The notes beneath the pieces were generated by a model. The model was not told where the DNA came from, made no database searches, and saw nothing but the letters and a program-made list of their open reading frames with translations. Shown here piece after piece: positions 1-11,727 of a stretch of DNA of 64,000 bases. The position numbers and the translations under genes are program-made. Source of the stretch: Octopus vulgaris (Eukaryota); NCBI GenBank assembly GCA_951406725.2, contig OX597817.1, positions 80,166,001 to 80,230,000 of the forward strand. Reading direction: 5' to 3'. Position 1 is the first letter of the stretch, and every line of letters starts with the position of its first letter.

Positions 1-138
1 AATCTTAATCTTATTTCGGCCAAAGTTATTTCGTCACACTCCTGTGACCGCATCAGTGGTCCTTTGTTTTCTTCTCACTTACTTGTGTCTCTCCTTACTA
101 ACCGTCAGCCATTTTGTATTTCTATTGTATGTCTTCAT

Positions 139-465
139 AGAAATGTGGTCTATAGTATAAGATGTATAGAGGGACGATGCAGTAACAAGACAGTAACATA
201 CGTAGGGGAAACTGCAAGAAGCATTGGTGAGCGGGTGAATGAACATTGGAGACAACTCAAGGAAGGTAAAAGCTCATCGATTCTGTACCAACACGCCGAA
301 CAAGAACACGGGGGATCAATCAATAACATAGAGATTAAGATATTGTCCACACATAGAACAGATGCAACAATTAGACAAATTACAGAAGCTACACATATAA
401 TAGAAAATAAACCTAGCCTGAATAGAAAACTAGAATGGAGCAATAGCGCACACCACAACATATGA
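139..465 (+). pseudogene. GIY-YIG endonuclease C-terminal domain of a Penelope-like element (5'-truncated)
   Basis: VVYSIRC...TYVGETARSIGERVNEH...RQITEATHI...PSLNRKLEW. The first ~25 aa of the track ORF come from the inverted LTR, not from the element ORF. Confidence 0.85.
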
Positions 466-974
466 CAATAGTGGATCCTGCAAACATAATAAATACACAG
501 GTAATTAAAGAAATAGAAATGAATATCTATATATATGTATATGTGGTGTATATATATGTATATGTATATGTGTATATATGTGTGTATATATGTATATATA
601 TGTATATGTATGTATATATATATATATGTATATGTATATTCTTTTTTTTTTTTTTCTCGATTAGATTTATTATTATTATTACTAATATTGTTGTTATACA
701 TACATACAAGCATATGTAATGATAATAATGGGTGGATGTAAACACATGAACAAAATTAGAACAAAAGCAACAACACCAAAAGCAAAATACAAATTACAAG
801 AATGTATATAACCAGAAGATACAAATATTACAGGCATCCCCCCCACACACACACTAAATAAACATAGACGCACATAGAGATATAAGCATGCGCAAATGAA
901 GACATACAATAGAAATACAAAATGGCTGACGGTTAGTAAGGAGAGACACAAGTAAGTGAGAAGAAAACAAAGGA

Positions 975-1014
975 CCACTGATGCGGTCACAGGAGTGTGA
1001 CGAAAGAACTTTGG
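975..1014 (+). ncRNA. Type I hammerhead-like motif in PLE pseudo-LTR (variant core); mirror copy at ~20-59 on - strand
   Basis: CCA-CTGATG(CG)-GTCAC aggagt GTGAC-GAAA-GAAC-TT-TGG: stem I CCA/TGG, 5-bp stem II, minimal stem III. The core deviates from CUGANGA. Confidence 0.55.
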
Positions 1015-1704
1015 CCGAAATAAGATTAAGATTAATGTAAAAAATAAATATCACTGAAGCAAAATAACACCAAATATATAGTGTGTGTGTTTTTATTGGC
1101 TAAACTGGCAATATGACCATTCCGAAATATAACAATATCTGTTTCAACACACGACTTCACATAAAAAATCTTGCACAACAAATATTTAAACGTATATATA
1201 AATATATATATATATATATTCACACACACACATACACACATATATATACACCCATATATGTGCACACACGGACACACACACACATACGGACACACAAACA
1301 ACCACATACATGCAGCATAAATTATGAAAATTAACCGAAAAATATACGAAATACAACCAAAGAGTTCATAAAGGCTTAGCAGATTTTGAAAATGGAATGC
1401 ATTTCTTATTTACTTATTTGTTTGTGTTTACGTATTTATATTTATTTATTTCTATATATACTCTTCATCCGATCTTTCACCTCTCGTTCGCCCTCTTTTC
1501 AGTTCACAGAACATTAAACCCGTGTGCCATACAAATAAGAATAACCGAGCTATCAAGCTACACAAATAATGTCACACCAATATACACATACTAATGCACA
1601 CATAAGCATGTATGCACACATAGACATTTAAAGAGAGAGGCACATATATATATGCATACGTACACATCTAAACATCCATCCATACATACATATATACACA
1701 CGTG

Positions 1705-1745
<41 letters not shown>

Positions 1746-1749
1746 TATA

Positions 1750-2135
1750 TCTCTCTATATATAAACGGCAGTTTGTCTGTGCGTGTTTCTGTGTGTCTGT
1801 TTGCTTGTACCCTCACCCTGACCACGGCTTTCAACCGATTCTGATGAAACTTGACACACACATAGCCCAATGTCATAATTCAAAACTAACGCAGCCAAAA
1901 TTTTGAAAAGTTTCCCCAGTTCTGAAAAAAATCGATAAATTCGACATGGGGTCGAGAATCTGAAACACGAACCACAAACTGTCTAGGGGACGCAACTCCA
2001 TCCTTTTTTAACTCTCAAAAAAAAATTTACCATCATTTTTTTCCATTTTTTTGCTAATTTTTGGTTATAACTCTCTAAAAATGCTTTATAGTTATTTCCC
2101 TTACAAACCTGAGCAACGCCGGGCGATACTGCTAG
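1750..2135 (+). mobile_element. Non-autonomous Helitron
   Basis: Starts A|TC(TCTCTATATATAAA), has a GTCT-rich 5' tract, a 3' GC-rich hairpin (cctgagcaacgccggg) and ends CTAG|T. No TIR or TSD. Confidence 0.8.
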
Positions 2136-2931
2136 TATATACATAAATATGCATATATATATATATATACATATATATATAATATCATATACATACATAT
2201 ATGTGCATATATATCTTTAAATGCTCCTTTATTCATTTATATTTGTTTGTACAAATAGAAATACGCATAAATATACATATACATATATATATACGTATAC
2301 ATATACATATATATGTATACGTATATATATGTATATATGTATATATATATGTATGTGCGTATATATATACATATATATACATATATACATATATACAGAT
2401 ATATATATATATATGCATACATTCGTTTATGTATACACATGTAAACTGAAATACACACACAGACTACAACAGATATCAATATAATAGACTTAAGTGTGCA
2501 TGCATACAGTCAAAAATATATGCATAAAATGGATATGGTTTCTGTTTCTTTCGAATTTGATTTCAAAATAATATTCAAATGAAGAAACAAACAACACTAA
2601 CGTTGCATGTATGGGCATCGGTCCCACGGAGGCAATTTCATTTCATATGGCTTACTTCATATGACTACGACAAAATTAAACTCGACCGCCTCCTCAGAGG
2701 AATAAGTAAAAATTTCACTATTATTGCGATTTCAATAAAACAGTCGGGGTTTATTTCTCGTCTTTTTTTTTCTTGGTTTTTGTTTTACAAAAACGTGTCA
2801 TCTTAGGTCATACTTGTGATCGTGTATCATAGCGCGTGTACATATAAATGTATTTATATATATTTATGTTTGTGCAGAACCTGTGTGTGTGTGTGTATGT
2901 AGCTATCTACTATAAGCATATATATATATAT

Positions 2932-3004
<73 letters not shown>

Positions 3005-3084
3005 CAGATATGTATATATATGTATATATGTATACATACACACAAGCACATATATATATAATATATATATGTATATATATATAC

Positions 3085-3419
3085 ATAGTTGAAATTTACA
3101 GATAAACAAGAGGAAGACAGATGTGTGAACAACAAGGAAGTGTATCAGTTTGACGCTCGGTAAAGTGAGAAAGTCTTTAACGTTTTGAGCCTACGCTCTT
3201 TAACACAGAAAGAAATAAGAGAAAATAAACAGAGTCAATGAAAAAATAACTTATGGATTTAGAGATCAAGCATGGCGACTGGTTAGGAAAGAAAAGGTTT
3301 GACAGGAGAGGTAGAAGGGAGGGGAGATAATAAAGTACTTGTGATCCCAAAATGAAGGCGCGCATGTTTGTGTGTATGTGAGAATGTATGCGTGTGTGTG
3401 GATAGGGGCTAGTAACTTT

Positions 3420-3420
<1 letters not shown>
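3085..3420 (-). mobile_element. Short non-autonomous PLE-like element in (TA)n with degenerate hammerhead-like motif (3175-3210)
   Basis: Same family as 25040-25250, 28252-28340 and 63455-63640 (shared GAGCGTAGGCTC-GAAACGTT...GAGCGT(C/T)AAACT...ATACA segment). Flanked by TA repeats. Confidence 0.6.
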
Positions 3421-3454
<34 letters not shown>

Positions 3455-3460
<6 letters not shown>

Positions 3461-3610
3461 CCGACGAAGAGCTCCGCTCGAAACGTTAAACCCTCCTTCC
3501 CTTCTTTCCTGAGCGTCAATAATACTTTAATTGTTCCACGTCCTGCGTTGCTGTGTTTTTTCTCTTTTTTTTTCTCTTTTTTTCTGTGTTTTCTTGTTTG
3601 GATTAACTAT
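3455..3610 (+). mobile_element. Short PLE-like element in (TA)n with hammerhead-like motif (3458-3490)
   Basis: TTT-CCGACGA-A-GAGC tcc GCTC-GAAA-CG-TT-AAA. Paralog at 35600-35770. (TA)n on both sides. Confidence 0.6.
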
Positions 3611-4043
3611 ATATATATATATATATATACACGTACTACTACGGCCGTGACTTACACTTATGGATGACTTAGCACCTGTGTGTAAATCCCTAATACATAC
3701 GCACGCACGTATGTGTGTGTGCGTGTGTGTGTAATAATGCAAATATATATGTTTGTATATACGTTTACACATTAATATTTGTCTGTTCATCCATGTGTAT
3801 GTATCCATTTTTAACATGTGTGTTTACATAAAAAATTTTGTTCTTGTCTACGTCATATTTGCAACAGTAACGGTGTTTCGGGTTTAATATTTCGATAACA
3901 TGTCTTGATGAAACGGATTATTAATCTAATTCAGACTAATCAAATATATTTACATATCAAATATATAGATAATATTCTTTGTAATTTTAACCATGGAAAC
4001 ATATGTAGAGTTTAAAAGGGAATTTTTAAAATAACTATTTCAG

Positions 4044-4099
<56 letters not shown>

Positions 4100-4130
4100 T
4101 CAAAATAAGCAACTAGAATAACTTTGGTAA

Positions 4131-4218
4131 TTTGGTACGATCGTTTCGCACTACATCATTTTATTAAATGTTGTAAGCATTACAACAGTTTTAAAATGCT
4201 GAGCACTCATCAGCCATT
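4131..4218 (-). ncRNA. Type I hammerhead ribozyme with canonical core and extended stem II
   Basis: - strand: TGG-CTGATGA-G[long branched stem incl. TGTTGTAA/TTACAACA]C-GAAA-CGATCG-TA-CCA. Palindromic stem III and GUA cleavage triplet. Lies inside a ~350-bp ORF-less unit (4099-4450) bounded by (TA)n. Confidence 0.7.
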
Positions 4219-4463
4219 AATAGAGGTTTTCCATTAATACATAATTTTCATATCAAATGATAACTTTATATACAAGGTAGATATATAGACAAAGATGTGG
4301 ATTTAAAATTTAAGAATATTTAAGTTAGTGGAGCTTGTTGCTTATTTTAATTATAATCACCCCAGGGATTTATATGGATAACACCATTCAAAATTCTGGT
4401 GCATCTAACTTAAGTACCATATTTATTAGAATTTAAATTTTGCTAAACTTATATATATATATA

Positions 4464-4853
4464 ACTCTTTTACCTGTTTCAGTCATTTGACTGTGGCCAT
4501 GCTGGAGTACCGCCTTTAATCGAGTAAATCGACCCCAGGACTTATTCTTTGTAAGCCTAGTACTTATTCTATCGGTCTCCTTTGCCGAACCGCTAAGTTA
4601 CGTGGACGTAAACGCAGCAGCATCGGTTATCAAGCGAAGTTGGGGGGGACAAACACAGACACGCAAACATATATATATATACATATATACGACGGGCTTC
4701 TTTAAGTTTCCTTCTACCAAATCCACTCACAAGACTCTGGTCGGCCGAAAGCTATAGTAAGAGACACTTGCCCAAGGTGCCACGCAATGGGACTGAACCC
4801 GGAACCATGTGGTTGGTAAGCAAGCTACTTACCACACAGCTACTCTTACGCCT
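4464..4853 (-). mobile_element. tRNA-derived SINE, family A (full length, internal microsatellite)
   Basis: tRNA-like head (ggctgtgtggtaagtagc...ggttcagtccca), body ccttgggcaagtgtct..., tail ...gactgaaacaggtaaaagag. More than 10 copies in the window. Confidence 0.85.
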
Positions 4854-5138
4854 ATATATATATATATATATATACATATATATATCAACCATTCTATACT
4901 TGTCGCACTTCACCTGTCATAAGTCCGGTACACGTGACATCATCGATTATAGACAGTATCTGTCATACTCTCCGGGCTCACGACAGCTGCAAGAATTCCG
5001 ACGATTATTGTATCATTGACAAAGAAACTTTAAATCTTAAATGCAAGCCCCCCTGTATCATTCGATAAATATAGTCTTCTATTTATAACAATATTGAAAT
5101 TATCGCACACGCAGTTTGTCAATATGTGTACATATATA

Positions 5139-5177
<39 letters not shown>

Positions 5178-5237
5178 TTCCAAATGATATGTACATAGAA
5201 ATGCATTTATATATATGCATACATATCTACACATATA

Positions 5238-5454
5238 TGATGGAGTGCTGAAGTGTTCCTGGATTTGTGTAAAAGCACATGCATGTGGAGCAGTTATTTA
5301 TAACTTCATCCAATATATTCCTCTCTCAAATTCATGCACTTATTGCAGCAGTCTTTCTGTTTTTCTAAGCTCTGTAAAAGAACTCGAAAGTTTGGGCCTC
5401 CAGCCAGACCTTTCGCGATACTCATACTACCAGGAACTTTTCATAACCTCCTCG
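5238..5454. mobile_element. Mariner-type MITE with TA target duplication
   Basis: TIR tgatggagtgctgaagtgttcctgg / ccaggaacttttcataacctcctcg flanked by TA. Second copy at 22161-22362. Confidence 0.75.
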
Positions 5455-7334
5455 TATATGTATGTATTATTTGTATTTACCTTTGCCTGTATATCTCTCT
5501 ATCATTCAACGACAGCAGTAGTTGAATAATATTCTTAAGGCCGCAATTTACTCACAAGCAGTATCTTTCAGAGCTTGTCACTAACTTCTTAACCAAATCA
5601 AAAACCGTTAACAGTTTTGAAGAGGACTGGTCCCTAGCTGTATTTTGGCATAAAAAATTGAGATTTGTTCTAGTAGAAACAAGTTTATATAAAAATTTGT
5701 AGCAACATTATAGGAGAGAACGTAACGCCACCAATCAAATTTATATGTAAATAACTTTTTTATTCTAAAATCAAAATATATTTCTCTTAGCTGCAACGAT
5801 AGAAGAAATTGTGAAGAATTTCATAGTTTTGGTCTCATACAAGAATTTGTATCAAAAAAGTTGTGAGATAAAATATTAGGAAAAATATAAGCAAGGCAAA
5901 AAATTGATTTTAAGTATAATTAACTTTTTTATTGTAAGAATACACCATATCTTAATTATGCTTAAATGACAGAGTTCAAATCGATGAATTTCATAGTATA
6001 ATCTCATGCAATGAAGTTTTAAAAGAAAATAGTTATGAATGTTTGTTTCTGAAATTTGAGGGTGATAATATAGTTCTATACTTTTTTATGAATTTAGTTC
6101 TAGAGGACTTTTGATATATGTCATAGGCATCATTGAGGTAAGGAAAAAAATATTAACGACACCGCTAATGGACACATTTGACACAATATCAATTGACATA
6201 ATAGTATAACTTGGATTAAAATGGATTATGTGGAAAAATGCGAGCAAGGGAAATAATATTCTTAAGCTTATAAATCTGGAAACGGTCAAGACAACTTATA
6301 ACATCTAGTAAAGTACAAAACAAGAACTTTTTTCAATTAAAATATTGCAGCTAAGGATTAAAATTGAATATTTAAAAAAATATTTAATTTTAATTTACAA
6401 AATAATATTATAATTAAAAAGGTACCATCATTTTGTTAAAATATTGAAACACTAGAATACTTAAAAAATGAGAGCCAGAAGTACCAATATCGCTAAAGTT
6501 TTATGCAAAGTAGAATAGTATATATGGTAGGCAAATTCATTATGTAAAAAAAATAGGCATTGGGTCAAGACTAAAAATATAAAGACTTGGCAATAACTCA
6601 AGCAAATTTTACTGCAAATTTGTTTTTATAAATAGATTTTACTGTAATATATAACTAAGTTTTGTATTATTCTATCTATTGTGCTAACTAATTATGTATT
6701 ACTATTATATTTTATAGCCTATTTTCAGATTTCTAATTATTAATTAATAATTTAAAAAATTAATTGTTTAAAGTGCAAAAAAAAATTTTGACTTATTTTT
6801 TAAATTTCAAATAGAAGTAACAAGTAATAACAAATACAATAACTTGTAATAAAATTTTAGTTTTAATAAAAACTAATATTTTCTAAATCTAAATATTATA
6901 TTTAAAATTTAAAGTAAAAGTTTATTATTCTATACTTTATCCGATGTAATAACTTGTCCTCAACTTTTCCAAGTGTAATAACTTGTCCCGTACTTTTCCA
7001 GATTTATAATCTTAAGAATATTATTTCTCTTGCTCGAATTTTTCCATGTAATGAATGTATGCACGTATACTATCACCCAGCATCTTTAAATGTGATGTCA
7101 TATATATTTTATGTAGAACGAGTAAACATCATCATGATTTTTAAAATGACTAATATAAGAACATCTCTGTTATTGCCAACAAAATCGTGACAATATATCA
7201 CACTTTTTTCCCATGCATTGCATAATAGATTGAATTAAAACCCCAAGACTTTTATCAGATATAAAAGACACCTGAAGCTAGCCGGAGGGTACAACGGGTG
7301 CAAGGAACATGGCAAATATATTTACTTCTTATAT

Positions 7335-7614
7335 TTTGCTTGTCTCCGCCATTGGACTGCTGCAGTTCTGGGGCATTGCATTGAAGGGCATAGTCGAACA
7401 AATCGACCTTGTTGCATATTGTTGAAGTTCTGTACTTATTCTATCAGTCTCATTTTCAGAGCCACTCAGTTGCAGGGACATAAACAAACCAACACTGGTT
7501 GTCAAATACTGATGGAGAATAAACACAGACACACATACATATACATATATACATGCAAACCCATACACACACATACATATATATATATGTATGTATATAG
7601 ATATATACACACAC

Positions 7615-7645
<31 letters not shown>

Positions 7646-7748
7646 CATACATACATATATATATATATACATATATATACATATATATATACATATATAT
7701 ACATATATATACATATATATATACATATATATACATATATATATATAC

Positions 7749-7806
<58 letters not shown>

Positions 7807-7886
7807 CATACATACGACAGGTTTCTACACAATTTCCGCCTGCTAAATTCATATATATATATACATACATACATATATATATATAC

Positions 7887-7948
<62 letters not shown>

Positions 7949-8090
7949 AATACATACATACGACAGGTTTCTACACAGTTTCCGCCTACTAAATTCATTC
8001 AAAATAAGCATTCATCCTGGAGCTATTGTAGAAGACAATGGTCTAAGTTACTACGAAGCCACACTGATCCTAAAACCGAGTAGTTGCAAA
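7335..8090 (-). mobile_element. Degenerate family A SINE with a greatly expanded internal (TA/TACA)n tract
   Basis: SINE tail at 7335-7530 and head remnant at 7960-8090, separated by ~400 bp of microsatellite containing a duplicated 50-bp SINE segment. Confidence 0.65.
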
Positions 8091-8956
8091 ATGAGCTAGT
8101 TATTTATACAGGTATGCCTGTATATCAAAGAACAAAGAGAAACTGGTTTGTTTCTGTATACATACTGGAGGTTGATGTTATCATTTTCGTTTTTATATTT
8201 AATGTAGATTTGAATATGCATCTGGAAATTGTTAATTTTTATAGTTGTAATGTTTACAGTGTCAATGCAACAATAAACGTTTAAAAGAAGGAACATTGTT
8301 CTCACAATAAATATTTCAATTGAAATAACAATTTCTTGAAGACAGAAAAAATGACGATGTAGCCATCAAAATTGGGACAATTGCAATTGAAGAAGATAAA
8401 ATTACTGTTGTCTGAGAGTCATTAGAAAGGCTAAGAAGGAGAAAATTCAATTCAGATATTCAAGTAGCAAATCAAATTCCCTGGATTCAGGAATTCCTCA
8501 ACGAAGTTTACCAAGACATTTTTGTTTAGGAAATTTTTTATAATACAAAAGACTGTAAAACACAAAAAAAATCTGTCTTGATAATTAAAGAAACGAATGA
8601 ATTTATTGAAGCAGAAATCTATTTCGAATGTCAAGTAGAATGCGTGATACAAGAAGAAAGTGGCACCAATGAACACATACTGTTGTGTTAAACACCATTA
8701 ACTTATTTTCTGTTTTAATGAAATGTTTTCAGTCGAAGGTTTACTGCGATAGAATTTAAAAACTTTGAATCATTTTCACACACAAACACACACACACTCA
8801 AACATGCACACACACACACATACACACATTGTGCAGCCGTTTACTCTTTCACACTTTACTGGTCTTGCTTATTGTACAGTAGATGTGTCGCGGCACGAAA
8901 TATGTTTCCATCGCTTTCAATTATATCTATAGAAGTATCTACACAATGATATACAG

Positions 8957-9139
8957 ATTCGTTCTTAATATGTTCAAGCAGATTCGAATCTGAATATGTT
9001 AATTGCTGTTGTATTTTGTCTTCGGAGAACACCTTTCCCTTTCAGGTGATGCGTGTTCCCAAAACATTCGATTCATTTATCAAATACACCAGCGATTAGC
9101 ACATTCGTATTCAAATCTACCAGAACATAAAAATGAATA
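8957..9139. mobile_element. MITE with ~50-bp TIRs (family also at 45940-46390 and 48201-48650)
   Basis: Left tatgttcaagcagattcgaatctgaatatgttaattgctgttgtattt matches the reverse complement of right aaatacaccagcgattagcacattcgtattcaaatctaccagaacata. Confidence 0.7.
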
Positions 9140-9173
9140 CGTACATCATTGCTTTTATTGTAGCTATTCATTA

Positions 9174-9258
<85 letters not shown>

Positions 9259-9326
9259 GCCCGTCTGTCTGTCTGTCTATCTGTCTGTCTATCTATCTAT
9301 CTAGCTTGCTTTCTTTCTATCACTAT

Positions 9327-9365
<39 letters not shown>

Positions 9366-9797
9366 TGTATTTATAACTGTGTATGTTTGTGTGAATGTCG
9401 TGGGCTTAGGGATCACGGAGGCAATGTGTAACATGTGAACGTGTAAGGCAGTAACCAGACTACCCAGTGTTTAAGAGCTTTTTGACAGACTTCGCTGAGT
9501 AGTATTGGAAGCAGATATATTTACAGAAGTAGTTTGGGAGAATATGCGTGAGACCAACATGAAAGTCTTTGTGCAAACGTCATCTGAGTGAAGCTCGAGT
9601 AAAGAGTTATCCTGAATAACAGAGACGGTCTATAGATATAGCTTCAGAAATTAATTTGTTAGACAGTGGTAGGGCGATGTACTTCTTCTTAGTAAGAGGT
9701 GATATGCGGGGTCTTGGTTTAAGTAGAGTTTGTGGATTTTAAAATAGAGGAAACTGCCAAACTAAAATGAAATCCCAGCGGGGTTTCAATTTAGTTT

Positions 9798-10008
9798 CAG
9801 CTGACAGAATCGTTAGCAAACCAAGAAAAATACTTAGTGGCATTTCGTCTGATTTTACGTTCTGAGTTCAAATTCCGTCGAGAACGACTTTGCCATTTAT
9901 CCTTTCCAGGTCGATAAAATAAAAACCAGTTGAACACTGGGGTCGATGTTATAGTCTTACTCTCACCCGCGAACTTGTTGACCTTGTGCCAAAAAATTTA
10001 AACCATTA
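9798..10008 (+). mobile_element. tRNA-derived SINE, family B (Nin/Deu-like central domain)
   Basis: Head ...gttctgagttcaaattccg, then gactttgcc...atcctttc..ggtcgataaaataa..accag, resembling the Nin domain. Confidence 0.75.
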
Positions 10009-10403
10009 TTTTTAATTAGCAAAATGGTAGCAGGTGACTTAAGTTCTGAGGGTTTCGTACATAACCTTATCAAATTGATAGATGGCATGCACGAACCTCT
10101 CGCCACTAGTCACTTTTGTCTCTTTCTACTAATTAAAAAATAAAAAGGAATGTTTGTAATTACATGTATGCATGTTTGTGCGTATGTTTTAACTATTCTT
10201 TTTAAAGCCAATATAATGCATGGCGATTGTCAGTACTATTATCTGGTATTTCAATAGTTCCTGAAGAAGTGGCCCGAACCACGAAAATTTTAATTATCAA
10301 GTAAAAGAATTAACAAATAAATCCGTATCATTAATCTTTTATAACTTGCATTCTTTTGGTTTCAAAAAAATATTTCAACAATTTACATATACATGTCAGA
10401 CAA

Positions 10404-10462
<59 letters not shown>

Positions 10463-11244
10463 ACATACTTGTGCGTGTGTATACGTATGTGTATGAAGTA
10501 GTTGTGATATTCAGGCACATGTACTATGTCTCCATTAAGCAACACAGTTTTTCGGAGATAAAACATTATTAACATGAAATGTTATTAAATGCTGGTGTAC
10601 TTCTCATATAGTACTAGTAGTTGTAATGTCAGAATATCCATGTGTATGTATATATGTGTGTACAAACACACACACACACACATATACACAGACAGACATA
10701 AACACTTAAGTATGCGTGTGAGTGTGCACTTGTCTATGCATGTATATTTATATATGTATATATATATATATTTATACACACGCATATATGTGTGTATACA
10801 TATAATTTATATATCTACATGCATAAACACACACAGATATATATACTTATGCATGCCCAGGCAGAGAGAGAGAGGGTGGGTGAGAGAATTAGATAAATAG
10901 ATATACGCATACATGCATGCATACATGCATACATACATACATACATAATGCATACATACATACATACATACATACATACATACATACATACATACATACA
11001 TACATACATACATACATAGCCAGAAAGAAAGGGAGTTGAAGAGTGAATCGAAGAATGAGAAGTGAATTGCAATGAAATGATATAAAGAATGCAAAGGAAC
11101 CACTGACTTAATATTAGGAAATGAAATTCTCTCCAAAAAGTCAGGAATTCTTATAAGTTTTATGCTTTATTCTTCATTTTTCCTGTACCATTTCAATAAA
11201 ATATGGCTGTAATTACAAATTCCACATAATATCGTATAAGTAGC

Positions 11245-11725
11245 CTATGTCAAGTTTTGTTGATGTGGTTGCTACGGTTGGTGCTACTGCTGTTACTGTT
11301 GCTGTTCTTGATTTTGTTGTTGTAGTTGTTGTTGGCTTTGTTGCTTTCTTAATTTCTTTTTCGTTGTTGTTGTTGTTGTTGCTATTGTTGTTGCTGCTGC
11401 TGCTGCTGTTCTTGTGGTTGACTTTGTAGATGTTGTTGTTGCTGCTGTTGCTGCTGCTGGAGTTGCTTGTATATTGGTAGTTCGTGTTGTCGGTGTTATT
11501 GTTAGTGTTGCTGAAGGATGGTCTTCTTTTGTCTGATGCTACTACTGTTGTTGTTTACGTGGTTTTCGTAATTGTTGTTGTTGTTGCTGTTGCTGCTGCT
11601 GCTGCTGCTGTTGCTACTGATGTTGTTGCTGTTCTTGAACTTGATGTTGTATTAGTTATACCTTGTGATGTGAGGTTATCATTAGTGCATCTATTGCTCT
11701 TATGTTTCTGTTGGTGCTGTTGTTG
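11245..11725. repeat. Degenerate (GTT/GCT)n trinucleotide low-complexity tract
   Basis: Runs of gtt/gct/gtt codon-like triplets. Confidence 0.8.
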
Positions 11726-11727
11726 AT

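Larger units (their letters stand above)
1..1033 (+). mobile_element. 5'-truncated Penelope-like retroelement with inverted pseudo-LTR copies (1-138 inverted vs 896-1033)
   Basis: 1-138 is the near-perfect reverse complement of 896-1033. These arms enclose a GIY-YIG endonuclease ORF and carry a hammerhead-like motif. Inverted pLTRs are a known Penelope configuration. Confidence 0.85.

Noticed and set aside
5590-6600. Foreign DNA read with the ciliate code (TAA/TAG = Gln)
   Set aside because: TGA stops and frameshifts still interrupt the frames and no recognisable protein emerges.
11247-11726. Hydrophobic poly-V/L/A ORFs resembling membrane proteins
   Set aside because: Product of a (GTT/GCT)n low-complexity tract; no domain or splice support.
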